Shown piece after piece: positions 28,165 to 38,021 of a stretch of 64,000 bases of DNA. Source of the stretch: Candidatus Latescibacterota bacterium (lineage in GTDB: Bacteria; Latescibacterota; UBA2968; GCA-2709665); NCBI GenBank assembly GCA_965208835.1, contig OZ242358.1:2528001-2592000 (forward strand), in the 5' to 3' direction. The notes below the pieces were generated by a model, which was not told the DNA's origin, searched no databases, and was given only the letters and a program-made list of their open reading frames with translations. Each line of letters starts with the position of its first letter. Position 1 is the first letter of the stretch. The translations under genes were made by a program, and so were the position numbers.

Positions 28165-30473
28165 AGAACTTCCTTCCTGCGTCTGGATTGGACACGCTTC
28201 TGTTCGTGCTGCCACGGATAGGCGACGCGGCTGTGCCAGGTGGCCTCGAGAATCGGCAGAAACGCTTCCTGAATTCGGGTCAGGTCTCTGAGCGTCAGGT
28301 CGCATTCATCCAGCTCACCTTCGGTAAACCTGGCCTTTACGAGCGTTTGTACCATGTTGCGGGTTTCTTCGGGGGTACTCGCGCTGAGGCTTCGTATTGC
28401 GGATTCCACCGCATCGGCCAGGCTGACGATACCCGCCTCTCGGGTCTGAGGCCTCGGACCCGGGTATCGAAAATCGGCGTCGAGCACTTCGTGCGGGGCG
28501 TTGCTCTCCATGGCGCTCTTCTTGAAACCTGCAATTTCACTCGTACCGTGATGCTGGGATATCATATCGATGATGACCCGTGGCAGACCTTCCTCTTCGG
28601 CCATTCTGACGCCGTCCTTCACATGGGAAATCAGAATCAGAGCGCTCAGACGAGGCTGGAGTTCATCGTGCGGATTCACGCCTTTCTGGTTTTCGATAAA
28701 ATAATGCGGTCGGATCATCTTGCCGATGTCGTGGTAGTAACATCCGACCCGGGCCAAGAGGCCGTTGGCTCCGATGACTTCTGCGGCCGCTTCCGAAAGC
28801 CTGGCCATGATGATGCTGTGGCTGTACGTGCCGGGCGCCCGAATGGCGAGGTTGCGCAATAGCGGCCGGTTCAGGTCCGAAAGTTCCAGCAGGGTGTAAG
28901 TTGTAACCACGCTGAAAGCACTTTCGAAGATCGGCAGGAGGCCGATGGTCAGCACGGAGGATGCACAGGCAGTAAACGTGCCCAGAACCAGATCCCACCT
29001 GACCTTCTGCAAGAATTCGCCGAAGCCGGAATAGCTGAACAACAGGATGGCCGTGGCGAGCGTCGAGAGCAGATAGGCGCAGACCAGGAAGGCGATGGAC
29101 CGGTAGAAAAAATCGCTGCGACGGTTGACCGGCCTCACGGAGTAAGCACCGGCTGCGCCCGTAATCAGGTAAATCAGTCCGAATGAAAGACTTCCCACGA
29201 TGCTCGCGCACAGCGTGGCGCACACGAACGAAACAACCAGGCCGACCTCGGTATCGAAGAGGATGGTCGCCAGCATCACCGATAGCGCAACGGGTACCAG
29301 CAAGGGCGTGACCGTCGACACCGTTGCCGCGTATGACGCGACCAGGCATGGCATGATGATCAGGATGCCAAAGAGGACGAGGTTCGACGTTGAAGCAATG
29401 GCCGAGGGGCGGGACACGTAAAGAAACATGAACAGAATGGCAACCAGCAGGGCGCTGACGGCCGCCTGGGCGGCGACCTGGAGATGATACAGATAGGGGA
29501 CCCGATCGACCGCTCTGTTCATGTGCACGGCCAGCGATCGCAGCTGGTCCATGTGTTCCGAGGTCACGCGGTCGTGCTTGTCGACGATGCGCTCACCGCC
29601 AAGGACGGCACCCTTATAGGGAGAGACCCTCGCTGCAGCCACGCCCCTGCGTCGTTCGGTTTCTTCCGCGTTGTAGGTGAGGTTGGGGGCAAGAAACACG
29701 ACGACGAGTTCGTACACGGTCTTTATTTCAGCAGGCGTACCCTGAGGAAACTGGCTGTCGATTTCATCCTGCAGGCTGCGTTCATACCATTCCAGGCCTC
29801 GGACGGGATTCGCAGTAGCCCGTTGTTCCCGGTCGCCCTGGACGAGGGTTATCTCCTTGATGCCGGTTCCAAGGACTTCGGTGTCCTGGTTTAAAACGCC
29901 CGCCGTGTAACTGGACACCAGCAATTCCCGGACGGCCGTACGGAGCTTTTCAAAACCTGCGGGGTAATTGGCCGCCTGGTTGATCAGAAAGCGTAAGCTC
30001 GTCTGAGACACCGAACCGATTTCCGAATGTGCCTGTTGCAGTTGATGGACGGCCGAATCCGGAATGGCTGAGATGCTCAAACGCTTGAGGTCTTCCAGGA
30101 ATCCTTCAAGCCCACGCTGCCTGTCGGCCGACACCCCCGCGTCCAGGATTACGACGGGAAGGACGTCGCCGCGGGCAGCCTCGACTTCGCGGGCGTATTC
30201 GGCTTCGTTTTTCAGCACCTTGAAGTTCTCCGGGGCGATCACTTCATAGGGCGCGATGGTTCCCTCACTGAATGCACTGTGTTCGTGGTCCGTTCTTGCA
30301 ATCGGGAAGAAATAAGTCAGCAGGGCAACCAGCGTGAACATGAACCCAACCCGCAACAGTACCCGCGGCCGCAGCCGAAGTTTGTGAGGGGACGGCGTAC
30401 TCCGGTCGCCGTTGCCGGCGTCCGATTCCACGAGTCCTGTGAACAGGAGCAGTTGTCGGAGACTACGCATCAT
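28161..30473 (-). CDS. pgpH: 7TM-HDIG phosphohydrolase (PgpH-like cyclic-di-AMP phosphodiesterase)
   Basis: Extracytoplasmic domain, TM bundle, LLELSDLNRPLL...APGTYSHS, YYHDIGK, HHGT, FRYPGPRP and LADAVE. Confidence 0.85.
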   Translation of the reverse strand: MMRSLRQLLLFTGLVESDAGNGDRSTPSPHKLRLRPRVLLRVGFMFTLVALLTYFFPIARTDHEHSAFSEGTIAPYEVIAPENFKVLKNEAEYAREVEAARGDVLPVVILDAGVSADRQRGLEGFLEDLKRLSISAIPDSAVHQLQQAHSEIGSVSQTSLRFLINQAANYPAGFEKLRTAVRELLVSSYTAGVLNQDTEVLGTGIKEITLVQGDREQRATANPVRGLEWYERSLQDEIDSQFPQGTPAEIKTVYELVVVFLAPNLTYNAEETERRRGVAAARVSPYKGAVLGGERIVDKHDRVTSEHMDQLRSLAVHMNRAVDRVPYLYHLQVAAQAAVSALLVAILFMFLYVSRPSAIASTSNLVLFGILIIMPCLVASYAATVSTVTPLLVPVALSVMLATILFDTEVGLVVSFVCATLCASIVGSLSFGLIYLITGAAGAYSVRPVNRRSDFFYRSIAFLVCAYLLSTLATAILLFSYSGFGEFLQKVRWDLVLGTFTACASSVLTIGLLPIFESAFSVVTTYTLLELSDLNRPLLRNLAIRAPGTYSHSIIMARLSEAAAEVIGANGLLARVGCYYHDIGKMIRPHYFIENQKGVNPHDELQPRLSALILISHVKDGVRMAEEEGLPRVIIDMISQHHGTSEIAGFKKSAMESNAPHEVLDADFRYPGPRPQTREAGIVSLADAVESAIRSLSASTPEETRNMVQTLVKARFTEGELDECDLTLRDLTRIQEAFLPILEATWHSRVAYPWQHEQKRVQSRRRKEVL

Positions 30474-30493
30474 TGAGCGGGATACCCTGCACT

Positions 30494-31513
30494 TTAGAAT
30501 TCCTGCGCTTCAACTCCGTCGTCCAGATCGGATTCATCGGCTGCCTGCAGCCTCTTTTCACTTTCATACCGGTCGTATGCGGAAATTATCTTCCTGACCA
30601 GAGCGTGACGCACGACATCCTCTTCGGTGAATTGTACGAACCTCACGGCCTCTATATGTGATAGAATCTGCTGAACATGTACGAGTCCGGACAATTCATC
30701 GGGCGGCAGGTCGATCTGTGTAACGTCGCCATTGACAACCGCCTTGGAGTTGGCGCCCAGTCGGGTGAGAAACATCTTCATCTGGCTGATGGTCGTATTC
30801 TGTGCTTCATCGAGAATGACAAACGCGTTGTTGAGCGTACGACCCCGCATGAATGCCAGAGGGGCAATTTCCAGTGTCCGATTCTCGAGCAGGTGTTGTA
30901 TATGTTCGCCGGGGATCATGTCCCGCAGCGCGTCGTATAGCGGGCGCAGATAGGGATCGACCTTATCCTGAATATCGCCGGGAAGGAACCCGAGGTGCTC
31001 TCCGGCCTCCACGGCCGGACGGGTCAGGATAATCCTCGATACCTCCTTGCGCTTGAGAGCCGCTGCGGCGCAGGCGACGGCGAGGTAGGTCTTGCCGGTC
31101 CCGGCGGGGCCGATGCCGAAAACGATGTCGAATTTTTCAATTCCGGTTACATAATGCTGCTGGGCGGTCGAGCGGGGCCGGATCACGCATTTCTGGGTGA
31201 CCAGTACCGTCTTGTTTGCTTCGGAAGGCCCGTTGTCGTGATTTGTTGCCCTTGAATCGTCTGCCCCTTCGGGCGCGTCGCCGTGCCGCAGGCACGAGAC
31301 CATCTCTTCCAGAAGTCCGGAAACATGCCGGACTTTGTACGCGGGGCCGGTGATTGTGACGGTCTCGCCACGGGCCGTGACGTGGACGCCGTATCGGGCT
31401 TCGAGCGCCAGAAGGTTGACGTCGTTGTGGCCGTACAATGTGAGGGGATCGACGCCCTGAATAGACAGCTGATGAGATAAGGTGGGATTTCTCAACAGGT
31501 TAGGTCTTTTCAC
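30494..31513 (-). CDS. phoH: PhoH family ATPase
   Basis: GPAGTGKTYLA, LTRPAVEAGE.LGFLPGD, APLAFMRGRTL, DEAQN and GDVTQIDL. Confidence 0.95.
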   Translation of the reverse strand: MKRPNLLRNPTLSHQLSIQGVDPLTLYGHNDVNLLALEARYGVHVTARGETVTITGPAYKVRHVSGLLEEMVSCLRHGDAPEGADDSRATNHDNGPSEANKTVLVTQKCVIRPRSTAQQHYVTGIEKFDIVFGIGPAGTGKTYLAVACAAAALKRKEVSRIILTRPAVEAGEHLGFLPGDIQDKVDPYLRPLYDALRDMIPGEHIQHLLENRTLEIAPLAFMRGRTLNNAFVILDEAQNTTISQMKMFLTRLGANSKAVVNGDVTQIDLPPDELSGLVHVQQILSHIEAVRFVQFTEEDVVRHALVRKIISAYDRYESEKRLQAADESDLDDGVEAQEF

Positions 31514-31649
31514 ATATAAAAAAAGCTCCCGTTCCGGCCAGACTCCGGTAACGAGAGCTTTTCAATTGTCTTATTCGTCGTGTGAGTCGCTTTCCATTTT
31601 TTAAGGACGCAAATCTCCGCAGCTCGGAGCCGTGGGGTCCTGGAATCTG

Positions 31650-32501
31650 TCAGTCTTCGGGTACATCGATGACCTGGGCCGGGAAGATCAGGTTCGGATC
31701 CCTGATCTGCGACTTGTTCGCCCGGTAAAGGCGGTGCCACTTCGTCGGGTTGTTGTAGATCATCCCGGCAATACTCGTGAGTGTATGGCCCTGAAGGACC
31801 AGGTGTTGGCCTCTGTCAACGCCAAAGGGGATCTGCAGCACCCAATCGGGGTAGATCAGATCCGGATGCCTGATCTTGTCGCGGTTCTCGAGATAGATTC
31901 GGGGCCAGAGATAGGCATTGTCGTAAATGTCCTCGCTCTTGGCGATATTCCAGAGATTGTCGTTCCGAAGCACCGTGTAGTCCTTGATCTTCTTCGCAGG
32001 CATCCGGGCGGCGATTCTCTCGACCAGTTGCACGATGTTCTTGAGCTTCATGCTCGCTTTGGGAAGATGTCGGATCTTGTTCTGCTTGAGGCCCTCGACC
32101 TCTTCGGAAATCGCATCGAAGTGATCCCGCTGGTCGAACAGATCGGCATCGGGAAGATTCATCAGGGCCCTCAGTTGACCTTCGACACGATCCAGTGCGG
32201 CCATGTAGGCGTCGATGCAGGCCTGATCGGGACAGCCAACCAGATCCAGAATTTCCTGATGTGTGCTTGCAATCTGGGCATCCACACCGGCGATCTGCTG
32301 TGCGATCTTGTCTCCGGCGTCCTTGCACTCCTGTACTTTCTGCTTGGTATCCTGGATCTCCTGCTGCACGCTTGCAAGCTGCATTTCATACTCTTCGTAT
32401 GTCATTCCGTTATCCGACTGGGCAAGGGCGACCAGCGGAACAAGAGCAATCGCCAGCGCGGTGCAGACGAGCGAAAACCCGATGTGTGTACGATTCTTCA
32501 C
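31650..32501 (-). CDS. Secreted coiled-coil protein with two LysM domains
   Basis: Signal peptide; helical coiled coil; YTVLRNDNLWNIA...WPRIYLENRDKI.HPDLIYP and HLVLQGHTLTSIA...LYRANKSQIRDPNLIFP. Confidence 0.85.
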   Translation of the reverse strand: MKNRTHIGFSLVCTALAIALVPLVALAQSDNGMTYEEYEMQLASVQQEIQDTKQKVQECKDAGDKIAQQIAGVDAQIASTHQEILDLVGCPDQACIDAYMAALDRVEGQLRALMNLPDADLFDQRDHFDAISEEVEGLKQNKIRHLPKASMKLKNIVQLVERIAARMPAKKIKDYTVLRNDNLWNIAKSEDIYDNAYLWPRIYLENRDKIRHPDLIYPDWVLQIPFGVDRGQHLVLQGHTLTSIAGMIYNNPTKWHRLYRANKSQIRDPNLIFPAQVIDVPED

Positions 32502-32517
32502 TGGAAACTCCTTTCCA

Positions 32518-32793
32518 TTACGGATTCATGGCGTTCTGCACGGCGTCCCTATCGGCGGTCAATCTTTGAAGTTCCTGTTTCTTCTCAGCCAGCGTGCGTT
32601 CCAGTTCAGCCCGCTTCTGCCGACAGGCATTCAGGTCCGCTTCGGCCGCTCGCGCGTTGTTCCGAGCCTCCTCCAGCATCTGAAGGTCTTCTTCGGATGC
32701 CATGACATGACAGCCCGACAGAAGGGGCAGCAAGAACAGCACCAGCACGACGCCAAATCCCGTAAAACGATCCATCAAGTTGCGCTTTGCCAT
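32518..32793 (-). CDS. Small coiled-coil lipoprotein
   Basis: AAGGAG SD; lipobox LSGC; heptad-rich remainder; immediately upstream of the LysM gene. Confidence 0.75.
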   Translation of the reverse strand: MAKRNLMDRFTGFGVVLVLFLLPLLSGCHVMASEEDLQMLEEARNNARAAEADLNACRQKRAELERTLAEKKQELQRLTADRDAVQNAMNP

Positions 32794-32999
32794 CGATGTC
32801 TCCTTAGGGACACGTGTTCATGCGTTGAATGGACGATGAATTGGCAGACAAACTGAAACCGGCGTTCTAAGGCAAACATAACGGAAAAACGCGCGAAATC
32901 ACCGTCTGACGACGCTACATTTATGCCACCAAATTACTACAAGAATAGGTTGAAGTCAAGTAAAAAATCCACATGAACGCTCGTACGAAAACGCGGTCA

Positions 33000-34802
33000 T
33001 CAGGTTCGGGGATGACTCGATTCGCCGCCCAGTAACCGGATTCCCAGTTCACTCAACTGGTCCGCGTCGACCACGGACGGAGCGCCGTCCATCAGGGAGG
33101 CGGCATTGTTGGTTTTCGGAAAGGCGATCACGTCGCGGATGTAATCCCGGCCCGCCATGAGGGCGATCAGTCGATCGTACCCGAAGGCGATCCCTCCGTG
33201 GGGAGGCGCGCCATACCGGAAAGCGTCCAGCAGAAATCCGAATTTCTCTTCGGCTTCACCCGGAGAAATGTCCAGAAGTTCGAACATTTTTTCCTGAATT
33301 TCACGGCGGTGGATACGAATGCTGCCGCCTGCGATTTCGTTCCCGTTCAGGACGAGGTCGTACGCCCGCGCACGTACGCCCGACGGGTCCGTAGCCATTT
33401 TGTCTATGTCCTCGTCCAGTGGCGAGGTGAACGGGTGGTGGCACGCCGCATAACGTTTTTCGTGCGGGTCCCATTCCACGAGCGGAAAATGCGTAACCCA
33501 GCCGAAGCTGAAGTGATCGCGATTCCGCAGATTCAGCTGACTCGCCAGCCTCAGGCGCAGATTGCCGAGTACTTCGGCTACAACGGCCGGCTGGTCGGCC
33601 GCGAACAGCAGCAGATCGCCGGATTCGGCGTTGAGAGCCCGCTTAAGAAGGACCTGCGCCTGTTCCGGGAAGAATTTGACGATGGCCGATTCCATACCGT
33701 CGTCGGTCACCCTGATCCATGCGAGACCCTTGGCGCCGTATCCGCTGGCAAAAACGCCCAGGTCGTCTATCTGTTTACGGGAGAACCCGGCACATCCCTT
33801 CGCGTTAATGCCGCGAACCTGGCCCCCGTCGGAAAGCACACGTTTGAACACCTGGAAGTCTGAGGCTTCGGCGGCCGCGGCCAGGTCGACGATTTCAAAA
33901 CCGAAACGGGTGTCAGGTTTGTCGGAACCGTAGGTGTCGATCGCCTCCTTGTGGGTGAGGCGGGGAAAGGGACGCGGCAGGTCGATATCCAGGATTGCCT
34001 CGAAAAGGCTGGCAGTCAGCCGTTCGGCGGCCTCCATGACGTCTTCTTCATTGACGAATGACATTTCGATGTCGATTTGCGTGAATTCCGGCTGCCGGTC
34101 ACCGCGCAGGTCTTCATCTCTGAAGCAGCGCACGATTTGAAAGTACCGGTCGAATCCGGCCACCATGATAAGCTGCTTGTAGGTCTGAGGGGATTGGGGC
34201 AGAGCATAGAAGTGCCCCGTGTTGATCCGGCTGGGCACCAGATAGTCTCGTGCCCCTTCCGGCGTACTCTTCATCAGAAACGGGGTCTCGACCTCGATAA
34301 AGCCGTCATCGGAAAGGAGTCTCCGCGTGGCTTGCGATATGCGGTGCCGCAGCAGGATGTCGGCTTGCAGGTCCGGTCGGCGAAGATCGAGGTATCGATG
34401 ACGGAGCCTGATCTCTTCGTTGGCATCCGACTCGGCTTCGATGAGAAACGGCGGCGTCTCCGATTCATTCAGAATTCGAAGTTCGGATGCCTCGACGTCG
34501 ATTGCGCCCGTGGGCAGGTTGGGGTTGGCCATGCCTTCAGGCCGGGACTCCACCCTTCCCCTGATCGCCAGAACGAACTCATTCCGTATGGCTTCCGCCT
34601 TCATGTGTATTTCGGGATTCAGATCGGGCCGAAATACGACCTGCGTGAGCCCGTTTCTATCGCGCAGGTCGGCAAAAATCACGCCGCCGTGATCCCTGCG
34701 TTTGGAGACCCACCCCATGAGCGTGACCTGCCCGCCGATGTCGCGGGCGCGCAGGTCGCCGCAGGAGTGCGTGCGTTTCCAGTCGCCAAGGGATTCCGCC
34801 AT
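33000..34802 (-). CDS. aspS: Aspartate--tRNA ligase
   Basis: RTHSCG, RRDHGGVIF.DLRD, STPEGARDY, ALPQSPQ, CFRDEDLR.DRQPEFTQID and GAPPHGG. Confidence 0.97.
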   Translation of the reverse strand: MAESLGDWKRTHSCGDLRARDIGGQVTLMGWVSKRRDHGGVIFADLRDRNGLTQVVFRPDLNPEIHMKAEAIRNEFVLAIRGRVESRPEGMANPNLPTGAIDVEASELRILNESETPPFLIEAESDANEEIRLRHRYLDLRRPDLQADILLRHRISQATRRLLSDDGFIEVETPFLMKSTPEGARDYLVPSRINTGHFYALPQSPQTYKQLIMVAGFDRYFQIVRCFRDEDLRGDRQPEFTQIDIEMSFVNEEDVMEAAERLTASLFEAILDIDLPRPFPRLTHKEAIDTYGSDKPDTRFGFEIVDLAAAAEASDFQVFKRVLSDGGQVRGINAKGCAGFSRKQIDDLGVFASGYGAKGLAWIRVTDDGMESAIVKFFPEQAQVLLKRALNAESGDLLLFAADQPAVVAEVLGNLRLRLASQLNLRNRDHFSFGWVTHFPLVEWDPHEKRYAACHHPFTSPLDEDIDKMATDPSGVRARAYDLVLNGNEIAGGSIRIHRREIQEKMFELLDISPGEAEEKFGFLLDAFRYGAPPHGGIAFGYDRLIALMAGRDYIRDVIAFPKTNNAASLMDGAPSVVDADQLSELGIRLLGGESSHPRT

Positions 34803-34873
34803 GTTCAAGACTCCGTTAATTGGACACGATGTAACGCGGGAATGCCGGTGAGGCGCACCCGAAGATCATATCT

Positions 34874-36163
34874 TCAACGTTGACGATAATGCCTTATGAG
34901 TTCTGCGAGTTGTCCGACGTTGCAGGATGGGAGGACGGTCTGATCGCCGGTTGCCAGATTCTTCAGCAGGACGGTTTTGGAACTGACTTCGTCGGGGCCG
35001 ATGATCGTGACAAACGGGATTCCCTTGCGGTGAGCGTATTTCAGTTGGCGGTCCAGCCGCTGGCCGGGATTCAGACCGAGTTCCACGGCGAGCCCCCGGG
35101 ATCTGGCCAGACGCGCATATGACGCGGCCTGTTCGGCCGTGTCCTCCGAGAAGACCGAAACCAGCAGGTCCGCGACCGGCGAGGTCACGTGGTCAAGCAG
35201 ATCGGATTCTTTCAGCAGTTCGGTTATTGCCATGTCACCAACCGCAAAACCCACGCCCGGCACGGGCTTTCTGCCACCGACCTGCAGGGTCAGGTTGTCG
35301 TATCGGCCGCCGCCGAAGAGGGCGCGCCTGAGTGAATGCGTCGCCCAGGCTTCGAAGACGATGCCGGTGTAATAGTCGAATCCGCGCACGATTTTCAGGT
35401 CGGGTTCCACGTATTCCGAAACGCCGTTCCTCTCAAGCAGCCGGATGACCTGTTCAAGCCGCGGCGAGAACCCCGGGTCCTTGCTTTTCAACATCTCTAC
35501 GAGCCCGTCAATCTGTTCGGAATCCAGGCCGAGCTCGGCCAGACCGCCGCTGAACTTCTCGAAAGGCACTTTGTCGATCCGGTCGACGATCGCGAACAGC
35601 GGCCGGATCTGACCGGAGCGAAGGCCGAAGGAGCGGATGAGATGGCATTCGAGGCCCTGTCGATCATTGACCTTTACCGTCACCTGATCCGGAGACAGTC
35701 CGAGCGTCTTGAAGAGTTCACAGGCGATCGTGATGATTTCGGCGTCGGCATGGACGGTGTCGCTTCCCAGCAGGTCGATGTTCCACTGAAAGAAGGACCT
35801 TCCTCTGCCGCGCTGCGGGCGTTCGTATCGATAGAATCGTCCGTAAGATTGCCAGCGCAATGGAAAGACAAGGCGATCTTCCTCCTGGGCTACCATGCGA
35901 GCCAGGGTCGGCGTAAGCTCCGGACGAAGGACCAGGGATTTTTCGTCGCGGCCGGACAACGTGAACGTCTGCCGGCTAACGATTTCCTCGCTGGTCTTGC
36001 CCAGGTAGAGGTCCATGTACTCCATAACAGGACCCTCGTATTCCTGGTAACCGAAGCCGGCGCCGAGTGCGATGAACGTATCACCCAGCCATTTTTGCAG
36101 GGCCCAGTCTTCAGGATAGAAATCCCTGACACCCTTGACGCGGGGGATGAGGTCGGTCGCCAT
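34874..36163 (-). CDS. hisS: Histidine--tRNA ligase
   Basis: KGVRDFYP, LRPELTP, RYERPQRGR.R.F.Q, VRGFDYYTG, GGGRYD and PGVGFA. Confidence 0.96.
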   Translation of the reverse strand: MATDLIPRVKGVRDFYPEDWALQKWLGDTFIALGAGFGYQEYEGPVMEYMDLYLGKTSEEIVSRQTFTLSGRDEKSLVLRPELTPTLARMVAQEEDRLVFPLRWQSYGRFYRYERPQRGRGRSFFQWNIDLLGSDTVHADAEIITIACELFKTLGLSPDQVTVKVNDRQGLECHLIRSFGLRSGQIRPLFAIVDRIDKVPFEKFSGGLAELGLDSEQIDGLVEMLKSKDPGFSPRLEQVIRLLERNGVSEYVEPDLKIVRGFDYYTGIVFEAWATHSLRRALFGGGRYDNLTLQVGGRKPVPGVGFAVGDMAITELLKESDLLDHVTSPVADLLVSVFSEDTAEQAASYARLARSRGLAVELGLNPGQRLDRQLKYAHRKGIPFVTIIGPDEVSSKTVLLKNLATGDQTVLPSCNVGQLAELIRHYRQR

Positions 36164-36248
36164 CGTGTTCCGATTCCAGTTGGATAAGCCCTTGATTTTC
36201 AGCCAAATCGACAAAGATACACACAAGCCTGCTCAATGTCAAGATTTA

Positions 36249-37472
36249 TCAGATTTCCGGCCGAAATGCGGATTCGAGATGCTGGATTCGAGGCGAGCCG
36301 TCCCCGAAGTGTACAGCGATCACGTCGAAACGCGGCGCCAGATCCGGGGCAGGGTGGCGTTGAAGATACGCGCTGGCTGTACGCGCGATCTGGCGCTGTT
36401 TTTCCCTGGTAACGCGGACTTCAGGAGGGCCGAAACCCTTTGCGGCGGTGGTCTTGACTTCGACAAACGCAAGAACAGGACCCCTCGACACGATCAGGTC
36501 GATTTCTCCGCCTCCCGCCCGGTAATTTCGCCGGAGAATCCGGTAACCCGTTCTTGCGAGCATGGCCGCGGCCGCGTTTTCCCCCCTCTTGCCGGTCCGG
36601 AAGAGTTGGGTCTGCACATTCCTGACGCGAGTAGGACGTTCATCCTTGTCCGCTGTGCCTCCGGTCATTCCGGAGAATTCCGGCGCGCTTCCGGAATGGT
36701 TCGCCGACCGCACCCCTCTAAAGGACAGCCGGTGGATCCGGCACGGGCCATGTACGCGCAGTGCCCGCCGGTGCTCTGCGCTGCCATACCCCTTGTGGTC
36801 CGCGAAGCCGTATTCAGGGTATTCTTTATGGAAAGCGGCCATTTGGCGGTCTCTGGTCACTTTGGCGAGTATGGATGCAGCCGCAATGGAGAGCGAAACG
36901 GCGTCGCCGTCGATCACAGCGGACTCGCGGTATGGACTCCCGGGTACGCCGGCGCCGTCCACAAGAACGTGGTCGGGTGGGACGTCAAGCCGCTTGATAG
37001 CACGGCGCATGGCGAGATAGGTGGCCTGCAGGATATTGATGCGGTCGATTTCCTCCGCCGAAGCCTCGCCAATGCCATGGGCAACAGCGGTTTCGGTGAT
37101 CCGCGCGTAAAGGCTCGACCGCCTGTCAGGCGTGAGTACCTTGGAGTCGTTCAGGCCGGGAATCACGACCTCCCGGGGAAGAATTACCGCGGCGGCGACG
37201 ACCGGACCGGCCAGGGGCCCGCGTCCGGCTTCGTCGACACCCGCAATGCGGCAAAGGCCCCGCTCGTGCAGTTGCTTTTCCAGGGCCCGCATTTTCTCCA
37301 GGCGCGCACGTTCGGTCGTGACGGATTTTCTGCGGCGGCGCTCTTTGAGGACCAGACGGCGAACGCCGGCCCGAGAATCGGCGTCCAGTATATCCAGCAG
37401 CGCTGCATCGATATCGTCTGGACAACGAAGCAGATCTCGAACTTGAGAAATGGTGAGACCGGATACGTCCAT
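36249..37472 (-). CDS. rnhB: Ribonuclease HII fused to YraN (UPF0102) nuclease
   Basis: [48 protein letters not shown]; after a linker [25 protein letters not shown] and PRFDVI. Confidence 0.9.
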   Translation of the reverse strand: MDVSGLTISQVRDLLRCPDDIDAALLDILDADSRAGVRRLVLKERRRRKSVTTERARLEKMRALEKQLHERGLCRIAGVDEAGRGPLAGPVVAAAVILPREVVIPGLNDSKVLTPDRRSSLYARITETAVAHGIGEASAEEIDRINILQATYLAMRRAIKRLDVPPDHVLVDGAGVPGSPYRESAVIDGDAVSLSIAAASILAKVTRDRQMAAFHKEYPEYGFADHKGYGSAEHRRALRVHGPCRIHRLSFRGVRSANHSGSAPEFSGMTGGTADKDERPTRVRNVQTQLFRTGKRGENAAAAMLARTGYRILRRNYRAGGGEIDLIVSRGPVLAFVEVKTTAAKGFGPPEVRVTREKQRQIARTASAYLQRHPAPDLAPRFDVIAVHFGDGSPRIQHLESAFRPEI

Positions 37473-38021
37473 GGGAACGAATTTCTGGCAAACGGCAGCG
37501 GTTATTGAGGCTGTTGACAGCGGTAATCCAACGATGTGGACGCGGAAACCCGGATCCTCGTGGTACGACCGCTGAATTATGGACGAACTCTCCTGAACAT
37601 GCAAGAAAAAGCGGCCGCGGCCGACGCAGACCGGATGACGGTCCCGAAGGGGTCAGGACCAGGCCGGCTGGATCCGAAGAGCGTCCCGGCACGCACCTGG
37701 CCGGTTGATGCCGCAAGTAACGCCGCAGAGGGCACGGCCGGCCTTCATCCGCCGGAGTTTGAATTCAGCGATGTATATTTATATATTAGTCAATCTGCCT
37801 TCTGAACGCCGTTCGAACCGCGATTACAGGTTTGGTGGCAGCGGGAAACGCCGGGCGCCAGGCATGAACAGGTCGACCCTTCACTTATTAACTGGAATTT
37901 TTAGTTGATTCTGTGAGCGCCTGTTATATGGATCTTCTCATTCCTCCGTCAAGCCATGTTCAAGTTGATAGGGCGTATTGCACGCCAAGGCCGATGCCTT
38001 TCTTGAGGATAGTCTCCGGAG

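Noticed and set aside
37505-37908. Short ORFs between rnhB and the ABC exporter
   Set aside because: No convincing RBS or motifs; probably a divergent promoter region.
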